64,000 nt of DNA from assembly GCF_001447785.1 (NCBI RefSeq), contig NW_015168690.1, forward strand, positions 332,669-396,668, read 5' to 3'. The notes beneath the pieces are model-generated. The model saw nothing but the letters and a program-made list of their open reading frames with translations. It was not told the origin of the DNA and made no database searches. Within the stretch, counting starts at the first letter, position 1; each line of letters opens with the position of its first letter. This DNA comes from Gekko japonicus (lineage: Eukaryota). Both the position numbers and the translations under genes were made by a program. Positions 45,906-58,727 of this stretch are shown here, one piece after another.

Positions 45906-48900
45906 ATTTTGATATACAGTCTCCAGGTGGTGGCTGGAGATCTCCCAGAATTACAACTGGTCTCCAGGTTACAGAGGTCTGATCCTCTGGAGAAAATGGC
46001 TGCTTTGTAGGCTGGGTTCTATGGCATTGTACCCCCTCTGATGTCCCTCCCCTCTCCAAACCCCACCGTCCCCAGGCTCCACTCTCAAAATGTCCCATTA
46101 TTTCCCAATCAAGAGCTGGGAACCCTACTCCACCATTTCAGCCACAGGCCTCTGCTCATGCCCTCCCTAACACGTATAACTAAAGACAGAAATAGTCTCA
46201 TCTCCATTTATTTTTCTCTAAAGCAGGTCCCTGGATACCAAAATCAACCACCATTTGGGCCACAGGCCTCTGCTCACCCCATCCACACAACTACCAATAT
46301 TTGGACAACAAGCTTTTGAATCCATACACTCAAACACACCAGTCTAAATCTGAAATGGAATTAGGGCTGCCAACCTCCAGGTGGAGCCTGGAGATCTCTC
46401 GGAATTACAATTGACCTCCAGACTACAGGGATCAGTTCCCTTAGAGAATACGGCTGCTTTGGGAGGTGGGCTCTATGGCATTATAACCCACTGAGCTCCC
46501 TCCCCTCCACAGACCTTGTCTTCCCCAGGCTCCACCCCTGAATCTTCAGAAATTTCCCAAGCTGGAATTGACAACCCCTGATGGAATGGAGATATCTCTT
46601 TATTTAAAAGAGGGCCTAGGTAGTTAAAAAAAAAAATGCCACCTTCAGGGAAGCAGTTTTTCTCCTATCACCACATGTGCTCCCTTTCATGTATACCCTT
46701 AGATATGCATGGACTCTCAAACTTGGGTTCATGTCATGATACTGGAAGCCCAATACGCACCCAGAACCTGAACCAATTTGGAAGAATTAAGCTTACTGCC
46801 AGTTGGAAACCTCTTCCCGCTTCCACTGGCTAGCTTGGAAAACTGACACAGACGCCAATGAGGGGGCAGAACTTGTGGTTTAGGGATCCTTAGCTGGTTA
46901 ATATGCAGCTCAAAGTCCCTCTAATAGCTTACTAGTAACCATGAAACAACTTTCCAGAAAAGGTCTAGAGTTTATTTAAGGAAATATAGGGTACAGGAAT
47001 TCAACCATAAGAACAGTAAACTTGTGTTCAGAAGGCTTGTGTGTGTGAAGAGTTAAGTGAGAAAGCGAAAGAGTCATACCTCTGGCTGAATTAGCATTCT
47101 GCACCAGGGAACAGAGGAGTGGGAGACAAAGGGTTATAAAGAAGGGGGAAAGAGTTTTTAAGAGAAAAGAACACATAGAAGGAGTTTACCTGCTCTCAGT
47201 CTGCTGAGCTGGGTAGACTATATGTTGCCTGTTTCACTGATCCACAGGTTGAGAATAGAGACTTTAGGAAAAACTTCCGAAGATACCAAGGAAAAAATAA
47301 GAAGGTAAGGCAGGGGAGGGACAATGCTGTTTGGCAAGGAAATGTCACAAAGCCCCAGAGAAAGAAAAGCAATGTTGTCAGTCTTTGCACAAGTGGCGAG
47401 AATGAGACTACACAGTTTTTGCTGGCAAAGCAGCGATAGTTATAGGAACCAGCACAAAATGATATCGATTAAATAATGGTAAGGTCCAGGAATTCGTGGT
47501 GAGTCCAGGTGAAGAGTAGTGGGTTGAACGCATGAAGAAACCACGGAGACTGATGTCGCAATCAGCATCGATTACTGGTACACAACAAAGACAAAGACAA
47601 ACGGCCGGCTGGCCAACTATATACATACCTGGGGACACACCCCTAGGTCCCGTTGGTGGGTTTAAATCTCCCGCCACAGTCCCATTGGTCTCCCCGTGGA
47701 GAGACCAGGAGCCTAGTCCCCATTGTTACTCCAGAGTCAAACTCTGGAGTGTTCGCTGGCCCCTGGTGGCGGTCAGCGGACACAACACCAGGATATTCTA
47801 CTAATTTTGTGGCTCCTGACTGAGTTAAGCAGGGGGGGGCTTCCCAGAAAGGTAACAAAAGCAGATTGCATCTGGGCAGGGTGGACAAAAGGGCTGGCAA
47901 GAGCAAGGGTTCACCCATTCCTGGAGCAGCCTGGTAGGCTAGGATAAAGGTGGTCAAGTAAAAGGTGATCAAGTTCACCTGGCTGCTTGATAGTAATTTA
48001 ATTTTGCACTCGGGAAGACTTGCATTTGCTGATGAAATTACATTGGTACATGGCTCTGCAAGCCCCTGTGGCGTCAGGTAGGCATGCAGATGTCCCATCA
48101 ATGAATCAGTCTTCTGACCAAGTTTTTGGTCATTTGTGACCATAGCCTAAGACAGAGGACCCCAACATGGTTCCTGTGGACACCATTGTGGCCACCAATA
48201 CCTTTTCTGGTGCCCACCAAGTGTTTTAAAGAAGTGGGTGGGGCCAGGTAGGGCTTCTGCCCAGCGAGGCTTCTGAATGGCTGTTGGAGATCTGATTGCC
48301 TGCACAGATTTTTTAAAAATGTTGCTTTGGCAGCAGCAGCAACCACCATAGCACAAAAATCTTCACTGTGTGACTGAAGTTAAGCTATGGCAATCATTTT
48401 GTGGCTGGCTCATGTGACAGGCTTTTTGTGGCTGTGCCCACCTTGCTGTGTCAGAATTCCAAAGGCGCCTGCAGGCTTGAAAAGGTTAGAGGCCTCTGGC
48501 CCAAGAGAAGCTGTAATATCTGCTTCTCCAAACCACGGCATTGCTAGCTCCTAAGATGGGTTTCTTCCACTGAAGGTCCCCTCCCCCTCTTATCTTTACA
48601 AAAATGAACAAAACCAGCCCTGTGCCTCCCATGAACATACTGCTACAAAGCCACACAGGACTGATTGAACTTGAGAAGTTGACAGCCTGAGAAGCTTCAT
48701 GATGCTGTTTGTCAGCCACCACCAGGAAATATTGGCGGGCCTGGCAGCCCCCCCCCCCCCCGAACTACCACCACCTCACATCTGCAAGCCGGTAAATATT
48801 CTGAGCTTAGCTTAATCAAATTCTCCAAATGTTTCCACCAATTGCTATGTCAGGGTATAAGGAAGTATTCTTAATACTATGTCCTAAAATTTGCTTAAAA

Positions 48901-49003
48901 TATGCCATTTGATCTTTTTCATTTTGTAACAATTGACCTGAAAAAGAGTTGTCAGGAAATTGAAAGTTTGCACATTGTTGTGTGTCATTGGGTTGGTCCT
49001 AAT

Positions 49004-49275
49004 CAGGCCCGTAGCCAGGATTTCTTAAATCGGGGGGGCCTTTAAATAATTCAGGGGACACTGAAATTCAAATAAGAAGGGTTTGAATCAGGGCCTTCCA
49101 AAGAGTTGACTTCCAGCCCCGCACTCTGCCCACTGGCCAGCTGATGTGCGCATCTCGTCCAGGGCCCGCCTGGTTGCCTGCCTGCCTGTCCAGGGTAGTA
49201 AGTTTTTTTTTTGGGGGGGGTGATGAAAAGTCGGGAGGCCGGGGCCCAAAATGATCCAATATAGCTACGGGCCTG
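49004..49275 (+). mobile_element. hAT MITE
   Basis: CAGGCCCGTAGC / GCTACGGGCCTG perfect TIRs; perfect TSD GTCCTAAT; relative at ~43172-43350. Confidence 0.92.
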
Positions 49276-50076
49276 GTCCTAATAAACATATTACATGATA
49301 TTGGTATTATGTCAGGGTTGATCAGCCATATTAGGGAATGCATGTAATCACTGTAAGAAAGACAGATTAATTATCATTAATGGAACTTTTATATCACCAG
49401 GTATCGTCTCAAACAAATGCTTTTCAATCAGGATAGTTCTCACAGTTGGATTATAGTGATCATACTGAGTATTCAATGTTGTGTTTGCATATGTGAATAA
49501 ACCCAACTTTTACTCTGACATATCCCTAATTAATCTTGCCCTAATCAATCACTTCTGTAATTTTTTAAAAGCCATACGTACTTTGCAAAAAGTACCATGC
49601 ACCTGCATTTATATTGTACTGTGTAGGAACCACTGAATACTTTCTGAGGTGCCTCCGCTAACATGTGTAAAACTTGCAGAAATCAGATGCTACATTTTTA
49701 TTCTAAATTTATCCTGAGCTATAAACACGAACCACAATACATATCTGACGCTATCTGCATGTAACGATTTATAGGTTTGGGGTCTAGAAGCAGCTTTTCA
49801 AAACCAAATGTTTGTGCTGAGCTCTACCATCTGTATATCAATATCCACAGGGGCAAGCAAGAAATCTAGAAAGGCTGCACAGGTAGAGAAAATCACAATA
49901 CCAGAAACCTGGCAGTGATTGCTTTTCCAGGCTTGCAGTAAACATCATGGAGCGCACAGAATGATTAATTTTTTTAAAAAAAAGCTGACTTGCACAGACT
50001 GTATCTGAAATTAGATAAGAATGGAATTCATAGCACAAGTTAGCTTCTTGCCCTGGTATTTCCCGCTGAGCATTCT

Positions 50077-50261
50077 TTAGCCTGGAAGATCAGGGCTTGG
50101 TTGTCTTGTTTGCATCCCGCTGAGGTTTCCTACATTCTCTACCAATTCTGTCTGGTTTAGGTACTGTAAAATCATGTCATTTAATTTCTTGAGGTCTTCA
50201 ATGTTCTTCTTTTCTAGTACTATTTTTCTTGACACATCATCCGTCTTGTCTCCAGTGTGAA
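50077..50261 (-). CDS. LSMEM1: LSMEM1 last coding exon (VHTGDKTDDVSRKIVLEKKNIEDLKKLNDMILQYLNQ...PG*)
   Basis: Acceptor cttttcttttgcag; matches recalled human VQTGNKMDDVSRRL..EGKDIDDLKRINNMI; candidate AATAAA on minus strand at ~49697-49702. Confidence 0.93.
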
Positions 50262-51817
50262 CTGCAAAAGAAAAGAGGTAATGTTCAGCCAGCTCATTAT
50301 GAAATGAACTGCAGTACATAAGGCAGCATATTAAATAATTGCTTTTTATTTTATTTGAACACACCAAACTGCAGCAACTGCTTCAATGCATAGCCAATTT
50401 GTTACTCATCCCACATATATTACACTGTGTCCATTTTCAGCAGCTTTGCAGTCAGGTGGGAAATGCTGGGGATCCTGGGCATATCCCAGGCAGCCAACCC
50501 ATATACCTGGCAAACCGCGTACATGGAGAAATGAGTCAACTGCAATAGTTGGTGAACAGTGATTCTCTTGTATATGCATGCACAAATACTGAATAGCTGT
50601 AGAAAAGCCTCTACTAGTAATCCCCAACGTGGCCCCTGTAGACAATGTGGCAATGTATTTCCTGGTGCCCATGTCCTCCTTCTCCAAAGCAAAGAGTCTG
50701 TCCTGGCTTTCCTCCACCTCACTGGAACAAGAGGAGCTTCAGGGAACCCTAGGAGGCATCAGTGTTTTGTCTGCAGGGAGCACCCATTGGGAAACAGCTG
50801 CCTCCATCATAGGATTCTGCTTGGCTTGGAACCTACTAATATTTTGTAACTGGCCACAGCTCACATGGCAACCATTTTGTTGTTGGTCATAGTGGTCATA
50901 CCTCCCCCAGGGATGGGCACAAACAGCATTTTTGCAGTTCGGTTTGTGGCTGAACCACGAACCCATACCAATCGGGAGGTTGGTTCACAAACTGACCCGG
51001 TTTGTATTAGTTCATGAGCTATTTAAAGTTTAAACCCCTGCTTTCTGCTCACCACGGCTTTTCACAGGGAGCAGAAAGCAGGGGCTTCCAAGCAACTGAG
51101 CAGCAGGACCACCACTCAGTTGTTCAGTTTAAATGTAGTATAGATTGCTACTCTCAGGGAATCTTCCTTCCTTCTGGTCTGACACCTTCTCTCCATACTG
51201 TGCTACCCTTCTCCATCTTGGCAGGGCATGATTTCCTCATCTCTATCCATCCTAGCTAGTTAGACTAGATTAGATTCCTATTTCTACTCTATCCTGTCTA
51301 GAATGGAGTTCCTTACAATAAAAGACTCATATTAGTTTTGCAAAGATAAAGAGGCTCTGTATGTAATTTTGTTTCTTGTCAGCATACACAGACCAGACAG
51401 GTTCTGCTAACCCAAATAATCCTTCACTATAGACACTTGTGATTCTCCCCACCCTGTTTTGGAGTGATAGGGAAGGGGAGAGACCTCAGCAGGGTATAAA
51501 GCCATAGAGTACACCCTCCAAAGCAGCCAATTTCTCCAGGGAAACTGATCTCAGTCATCAGGAGATCGATTGTAATAGCTGTAGATCTCCAGGTGCTGCC
51601 TGGAGGTTGGCGACCTTACTGACCAGGCATACGGTGAGGATTGCAAGTAAGTGCAGTTCCATTAAGCATGGTTGGTGGGCTTCCAGTACATATTTCTGTA
51701 ACATCTGAAAAGTGGTGGGGGTACGTTACAAAACTTTCCTTAGAAAGCAGGCCATTAAATTGTAGGCTGCCCTTATGCTGCAATCAATATCCTCAGAAAC
51801 AAGGAGTACTCACTTAC

Positions 51818-51958
51818 CTATTAAGATTATTACAAAGGAAACAAGTGCCAAGCTGACAATTAAAGTAATGATCAATGTGACAAAGAACCAGCTATGGCAT
51901 CTCATACTGTTTTGCGTTGTCCAACAACCAGCACTGTCTGTGTCCTCTTGCCAGACTG
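51818..51958 (-). CDS. LSMEM1: LSMEM1 coding exon 2, transmembrane segment (..WFFVTLIITLIVSLALVSFVIILI)
   Basis: Acceptor ttttacag(cag), donor gtaagt, 141 nt; LIVSLALVxFVIxLIV matches the LSMEM1 TM helix. Confidence 0.93.
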
Positions 51959-52227
51959 CTGTAAAACAAAAACAAGAATTCTGCATTTAATCTCCATTAA
52001 CAATTGCTTGGCCAGATAGCTATGGTTTTACAGAAGAAAAGATACAGAAAATATTCATAATTTTTAAACTAGATCCATCTAATTTCACCCTCAAGTGACA
52101 TATAGCAACTGTAGCATCCAAAACACTGCTATTTCATTAGAAATTGTGCACTAGAAAAATGTTTTAGAAAAATGTTAGGCTTAATCAATGGATCACCATG
52201 TAGTTGTTTCTTTTAATTACAATTTGG

Positions 52228-52763
52228 CCTGCTCCTTGGGAGGAAAGGGTTGGCAAACCTAGACAGCATAATAAAAAGTAGAGACATCACCCTGCCAACA
52301 AAAATCTGTATGATCAAAGCAATGGTATTCCCAGTAGTAACGTATGGCTGTGAGAGCTGGACAATAAGGAGAGCCAAGTGCTGAAGAATAGATGCTTTTG
52401 AATTATGGTGGTGGAGAAGACTCTTGAGAGTCCCTTGGACTACAAGGAGATCAAATCAGTCAATCCTAAAAGAAATCAACCCTGACTGTTCCCTGGAAGG
52501 ACAGATACTGAAGCTGAAGCTCAAATACTTTGGCCACCAAATGAGAAGGGAGCACTCACTGGAGAAGACCCTGATGCTGGGAAAGACTGAAGGTAAAAGA
52601 AGAAGGGGACGGCAAAGGATGAGATGGTTAGACAGTCTTATCAATGCAATGAACATGAAGTTAAGCAAACTCCGGAGCACAACAGAAGACAGGAGGGCCT
52701 GGCGTGATATGGTCCATGGGGTCGCGAAGAGTCGGACTTGACTGTGCAACTGAACAACAACAA
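52228..52763 (+). mobile_element. RTE BovB LINE 3' end
   Basis: LRVPWTTRRSNQSILKEINPDCSLEG...HGVAKSRT; (CAA)n tail; another BovB tail on minus strand at ~63857-63915. Confidence 0.95.
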
Positions 52764-52899
52764 ATGTAGGTGAAAAATTTAAGAGAGCATTCCCAGTCAA
52801 TTTTCAAAGGCTGTAATGGAACAGGGGGCAGAGGTAAGTCAACTCTGTGAGACTGATATGATATGTTCAAAGGAGACCTAGACATTTAACAAATAGCTA

Positions 52900-53263
52900 A
52901 TTTGAGCATGACAGGTCTTCTAGCTTTAGTTAATGAGCTCTGTCTGAGTGCAGACAAAGGCCAGCCCTCTCTGTTGCTCTTACTGGATTTGTCTAAAAAC
53001 TTTGATATAGTATATCATGCCATCTTGTTGAGGCGCCTGGAGACAGAAGTAGGTATCAGGAGATCTGTGTTGAACTGGTTCATAATTCCTCATGGATCGG
53101 ACTCAAAGGGTTACTGTTGGAAACCAGTCATCTTCGGTGTGGGACCTATCTTGTGGGATTCCACAGAGTGCAATTCTCTCCCCCATGCTTTTTAATCTCT
53201 ATGTAAAGCCCTTAGGACACATCATTCGTAGTTTTGGGATTGGTTGTCATCAATAGGCTAATG
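52900..53263 (+). mobile_element. L2 LINE RT fragment
   Basis: SLLLLLDLSKNFDIVYHAILLRRLE; GIPQSAILSPMLFNLY; ends at a CHQ(Y)ADD-like motif. Confidence 0.85.
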
Positions 53264-53269
53264 TTAACA

Positions 53270-54580
53270 AGTTTTCATAAAAGTAAACAATCCATAAAGA
53301 TGGCGGGGAAGAGGGCAGAGAAAGACAAACCAGCAAAAGTGAAACCAGCTGGGATCTTGAGCCCTCGACCGGAAGAGGTCACTGAGTTCTCCAAAATGTT
53401 GGCAGATTCCTTGCGCCCTCTGCTGGACCAGATGACTAACATCAAACAACAGCTGACGACTCTAAACCAGAATCTTGCAACTCAGCAGCTCCAACTGACT
53501 GAGACTTTAAAAATAATGGAGCAAACGGCTGAGAAAGTGAAGGAAATGGATGCCAACATGAAAAAAACTCAAGAAAAAGGTGCAAAAGCTGGAAAAGAAA
53601 CAAGCTTCAGAAGAATCACAACTTTTACAGCTGCAAATGGAGAAAGCAAATTTGGTCCTACGGTTTCAAGGGGTCCCAGAATTAAAAGGTGAGAATCTAA
53701 AGCAACTCCTGAGTGAAGCATTAGCCCCAGTTACAGATTTGAAAGCGGAGTACCTTGCAAGCGAAATGGATGTGGTCTATAGGTCCTATTCCGTGTACAT
53801 AAAAAAGAATAATCTGCCTGGGGAAATAGTGGCCAGATTCTCAAAGTGACATGTGAGGGATTCTATCCTGAAAGCAACTACGGGAACACCCTTGAAAATC
53901 GGAGACAATACCATCAGGATTCTAAAAGACATTCCATTTGAAATAAGAAAAAAGAGAAAGAAATATAAAGACTTAATCCTCTATCTACAAAAAAACAGCA
54001 TTGTCTACAGATAGTTAATTCCAGAATGTGTAATTTTCAAACTACACAATAAAAAAGAAAAGATTGACTCTGTTTCCAAAGCACGTGAGTTCCTGAGAGT
54101 GCAGCTGGGAGAGACAGTCGAGAAGGAAGATGACAGCCAATCCAGTAGCGAATTGGACTCGGTGTCTTCCGATGAGGACTCTCTTTCCGATAAGGGGGCG
54201 GCTGCCCCCAAGCATACATACAAATTGAGGATTAGAAAAGACAAGATAAAATGAAGGCTGAAGGACTCTGAATTGTGCCTTAAAAATTTAGTTTTATTAT
54301 GGGATGCTCTGGGGTTTTTCTTAAACAGTTAAATCAATGGATAAAAAGATTTAAAATTTAGCATAACTGACTATGTTCAAAGTAATACTAGCAATTTAAG
54401 ATTAACATTTATATAAGATGTTGTTATGATCTCCTATACTTGGGGTTTTAGTTAGTAGTGGTTTTCTTTCCGTTCTCCCTAGATGTAGTTAACCCTTCCC
54501 AATTTTCCGTTGTAGTTTGTAGTCTATTCAAAAATGCAATAAAATCCACACATGCCCTCCGGGGGCATAAAAAAAAAGAA
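53270..54580 (+). mobile_element. ORF1-only L1-derived element (HAL1-like)
   Basis: AAGATGGCG start at 53300; coiled coil, then LRFQGVPE..ENL, IRILKDIP..IRKKR; stop 54252-54254; AATAAA 54538; hairpin; A tail; no ORF2. Confidence 0.7.
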
Positions 54581-55256
54581 TGTAGCATTGACTAGCTCCC
54601 TTAGACCTTTGAACCTCTGGAAAAATAAACCACAGCCTTCTAGACACATACATACTTAAATAGGGAAGCTGATACTATCAAGAAGCCACATTTTGCTCCA
54701 TATTCTGGGTTGGATCCAGACTAAATTTCACCTGCTGCAGACCCCCTTTGTGTCATTCCTCTGGGTTCTCTGTCCCCCAGGAGCAGTGTTTTGTAGAGTA
54801 CCAGTGAACTGCAGTTGGAGGAGGGAGGTAAGGAAAGTTCCATTCTGCCACTGGAAAATTTAGTCTGGGTCCAATCCTCACCCAGGCTGCTTCAGAAACA
54901 AATGAGCTCTGCCTCATGAAAGCTTATTCTGGAACAAACGTTGTTAGTCTTTAAGGGTACTACAGGACTTTGGTTTAATATTGCAGCAGCAGACTATGGT
55001 TACCCCTCTGGAACTGGCATTATACATCATTCTCCAGCTGTAGCCCTCACAGCTTTGATGAGCTGGCTGCCCTAGACAGATTTCCAGGCAGTTCTGACTT
55101 CCCCAGCATTGAACATCTTCCCTGTAGCTACTTGACAACATTTAATGGTTTCCCCCCTCTCCATTTCCTCTGCCTTCATATCCATTACACATTAAATTCC
55201 TCCACTTCTGGTGCTACTTCCCATATACAATAATAAACTTTGAAGTACCAGCTCCT

Positions 55257-55482
55257 GCCAACCTAGCATTCAAAAGCAAGAAATTGCAAGTAGATAAATA
55301 GGTACCGCTTCGGTGGGAAGGTAACAGCGTTCCATGCGCCTCGCCATCTAGTCATGCTGGCCACATGACCACAGAGATGTCTTCGGACAGTGCTGGCTCT
55401 TCGGCTTGGAAACGGAGATGAGCACCACCCCCTAGAGTCGGATTCGACTGGCTTTCAAAGCAAGGGAAACCTTTACCTTTAC
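55257..55482 (+). mobile_element. Sauria SINE 3' part
   Basis: Near-colinear with 41632-41862; ACCTTT tail. Confidence 0.88.
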
Positions 55483-58400
55483 TGTTGACGTGGGCTTTCA
55501 AGCACAGTAAGCTAGTGGTAGAATTCTTAATAAATGTCTCTTGTCCATTCTGCCTAATGAACAGTCCTTACTAAGTGAACTGGCTAAGGGTATTAAAGCA
55601 TGTAAGTAATCAGTGATCAAGGAACCCTGCCAAGCTGCTAACAGTGCATGCCTTTTATGTTCTCACCTCCCAATGCTTCCTTGCTGTCATTTAGCCATTT
55701 ATTTCAAAAGTTGGTTTAAAATTATTCCTAGCATGCTGCTTTTATTTCTTATATAGATGCTGAGTCACTAAATAGAACGGCAATTGTATGTGTGGATAAA
55801 ACGTCAGTTCTGGTATTTCTCATTTTTCTGTTGTAAACAAATGTGATGGCCTTCGGTTTAAAAGCATGTCAGATGAACCCATCACATCACATCAAACTCT
55901 ATAAACCATCTTTTCTAACACTGGCTTGCTATTTTGAAATCTGATCTGTTCAAAGCAGCTGATGGCTATAAAGAGCATTTGCCTGAATGTTAAGAGGGAA
56001 ACATCAACAACCATGGTTTTATTCCTGAAAATACTGGTCAGTCAAAAAGCTTGCAAACAAAAGACTCTAAAATGCAAGTATTTAAACTCCAATAAATGCA
56101 TATTGGTATGCAAACTCTGCTACAAAAATGAATTCACCCATTTTGAAAGCCAATAGGAACTTTTCACTGGGTAGCACCAAATAATACCATTCAAACAAAC
56201 AAACTACCATGATGTGATACAAAAGGAATGGACTTTCTGTAAATATAGTAATAAGAAGTGACTTAGGTCACTTCGGGGTGACTGTATTCCCCTATTCTTC
56301 TCAATCTAGAATGTGCCTGTATTTACATATGGCTCCCAAAAAAGCATATCTTTTAATTCTGAGAATTATCATTCTCCAGTCATTTCCTGTTGCCCTGGAA
56401 TAGTTTCACCAATTATTATTTGCTGTTTCTCTCTAGGGTTTCCATGCTTTTGCCCAAGCATACTGCCTGCCTTTCTAACATCCCTGAGACACCAATGGCC
56501 AATTTTTCCCCACAAGATCTTTCATGTTTCCAGTGTGTTCTTGATCTTATCCTTAAATTAGCATTATGAAATAAAGGAATGTCAGCTAATAGGTGCTTTC
56601 ATAGAATCACAGAGTTGGAAGGGGCCATTCAGGCCCTCTAGTCCAACCCCCTGCTCAATGCAGAATTAGCCTAGAGCATCCCTGACAAGTGTTAGTCCAG
56701 CTGCTGCTTAAAGACTGCCAGTATTTGTTTCTGGAGGGAACAGGAAACACTTGATATTGGTGTTAGGTATCTGATGTTAGCTGAAAGTAGATTCTCACCA
56801 TAATCAATAACATCTCTTTAATGTCTAGCATATTATATTTTACTAGTATTTGCATAATTGTACACCTCCTGGTTGATTGGAAATAAACTGATCAACAACT
56901 GTTTTTTTTCTGGTAGCCTTTAGCCAGTTATTTTACATATACTCTTATTGTAAGCTAAAAACAACCCAACAGATTCTGTATCTGTTCAAGAATCACAGTA
57001 TGGAATGCTGCCAGGAAACTGTATGTTCTAAAAGGCTTACCGTACACAGCAAGAGAGATGACGAGCTAAAAATAAACCTTGTTGCCATGTGTATGTTAGA
57101 TACAAATATACAAGAGAAATAAAATTAGGATGGAGCAATTTTAAACAGAATTATCTAGTGGTTATATGGAAGAAAGTAATTGGCTTGTCTTGTTCATTTG
57201 AACCCCACTGAAGAAATGTGGTTCTTGGAATGGACTGCATTTGTTCCTCTTAAAAAGAGAAATCCATTGCCCTGTTGTTAAGAGCATTATCAGAGGGAAT
57301 GAAGATATTAACAAGCTGATTATTCCAACCTTTTCCATTAATTCACAGAAAAATATATAGCAGTAATAACTTCCAGAGCAGGACAAAGATTCACATTTCA
57401 AACAGCTAATTAAAAGTTGAACAGGAAAGCACCCTGATCATAGATTCATAAGCAGTGAATAGGGAAGCAATTAACTAATTTGTCAAGAGGAACAACATAA
57501 CAGCATTTCAGAAGGCAACAGAGCACCTACAGCTCCTATGGAACATATCAATGATCTACAATCCATCCTGGACACTGTTACTTATTTCTCACATAACTTT
57601 GATGGTAGGACTATATTTACTTACAGACAGCCACCAAAAACAAAGATGATAGCAGAGTGACCAAACGCACCTGCAACCATTCCAGATAACAACTCTATCT
57701 CTGCATCTACTCAGACCACACTATTATAGGAGCTAATGATGTTAATCATAAAATCAGGGAATCAATCACTTGCTCATCCTCTGACATGGTGCCTAAAGGA
57801 CCTGTTAACAATGCCCTTCTGCTGTTAACATAGGAAAAAAGAAGCAAGTCTCTGTGAAAAAGTATACATGGGCAAAAATCAAGTAAAAATTGATTCAGAA
57901 AATTGATTCAGATCATACCTGAGAGGCAAGAGCATTTACCCAAGACACTGTTGTACTAAACTAAAAGACAGAAATTAGTGGTTGTCACTATTTCAGGTGA
58001 GTGCTTGCTCACAAATTAATGATACTTTATAAACAAATGTCACCCAAAAAAGTAAAAAGATGAAAGAGAAGGCAGGAATGCTCCATTTGTAACAGTTCTG
58101 TAGAAGATGGGCTTTTGGCAGATGCTGTGAAAACTGGCAGTTGTATCATAGTAATCTGCACCTGTTACAATTTCCATTACTTTGGTTGTTCATTTATTTA
58201 CAGTGCAGTCCTCAGTGGGTTTAGACTAGTCTAACTCTGCATAGGATTGCTCTGTTCCATCTGAGCTGCGTACATGCTGAGCTGCATCCATGTGATTCCA
58301 ACAGTAAGCTTGCACCTGTTCTCTGTTTCATGGTTCCATTTAATTTTCTGGGGGGAAAGGTTCACACCATATTTTTTTTAGGATCAAGGCTATCCTAGGA

Positions 58401-58600
58401 AAGGCCTTGAAGGAGAATGAGCACTGCAATCGGCATACCTGTTTTGAGATCAGTGGTGGCACCTTGCTGGAATGCGCCAGCAAATGTAATGCCTTCTTTC
58501 TTAAAACATTAAGGAAAACTAAATATTAAAAATTACAAAATATGTCATATTACTTTGGTATCTTGAGAGGTGGTTGATAAATGTTCTGTGGCATACATAC

Positions 58601-58727
58601 TTTGATGCTGAGACCGAACCACACAAAGACGCTGTTCATTTAAGTTGTTTAAGGAATCAACCATGTAAAGTTTTCCTTCTTCATGAGAGTTTCTTAAGTC
58701 AGTTTCAAGAGAAGAACTCTCCATCAT
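58601..58727 (-). CDS. LSMEM1: LSMEM1 coding exon 1 (MMESSSLETDLRNSHEEGKLYMVDSLNNLNEQRLCVVRSQHQ)
   Basis: EEGKLYMVDSLNNLN matches recalled human EDGKLYVVDSINDLN; acceptor ctctcag 2 nt before ATG; donor gtatgt, phase 1. Confidence 0.92.

Noticed and set aside
46844-47787. One or two LTR-like segments (TGACA...TGTCA; TGTTG...CAACA)
   Set aside because: No matching TSDs found, so boundaries could not be supported
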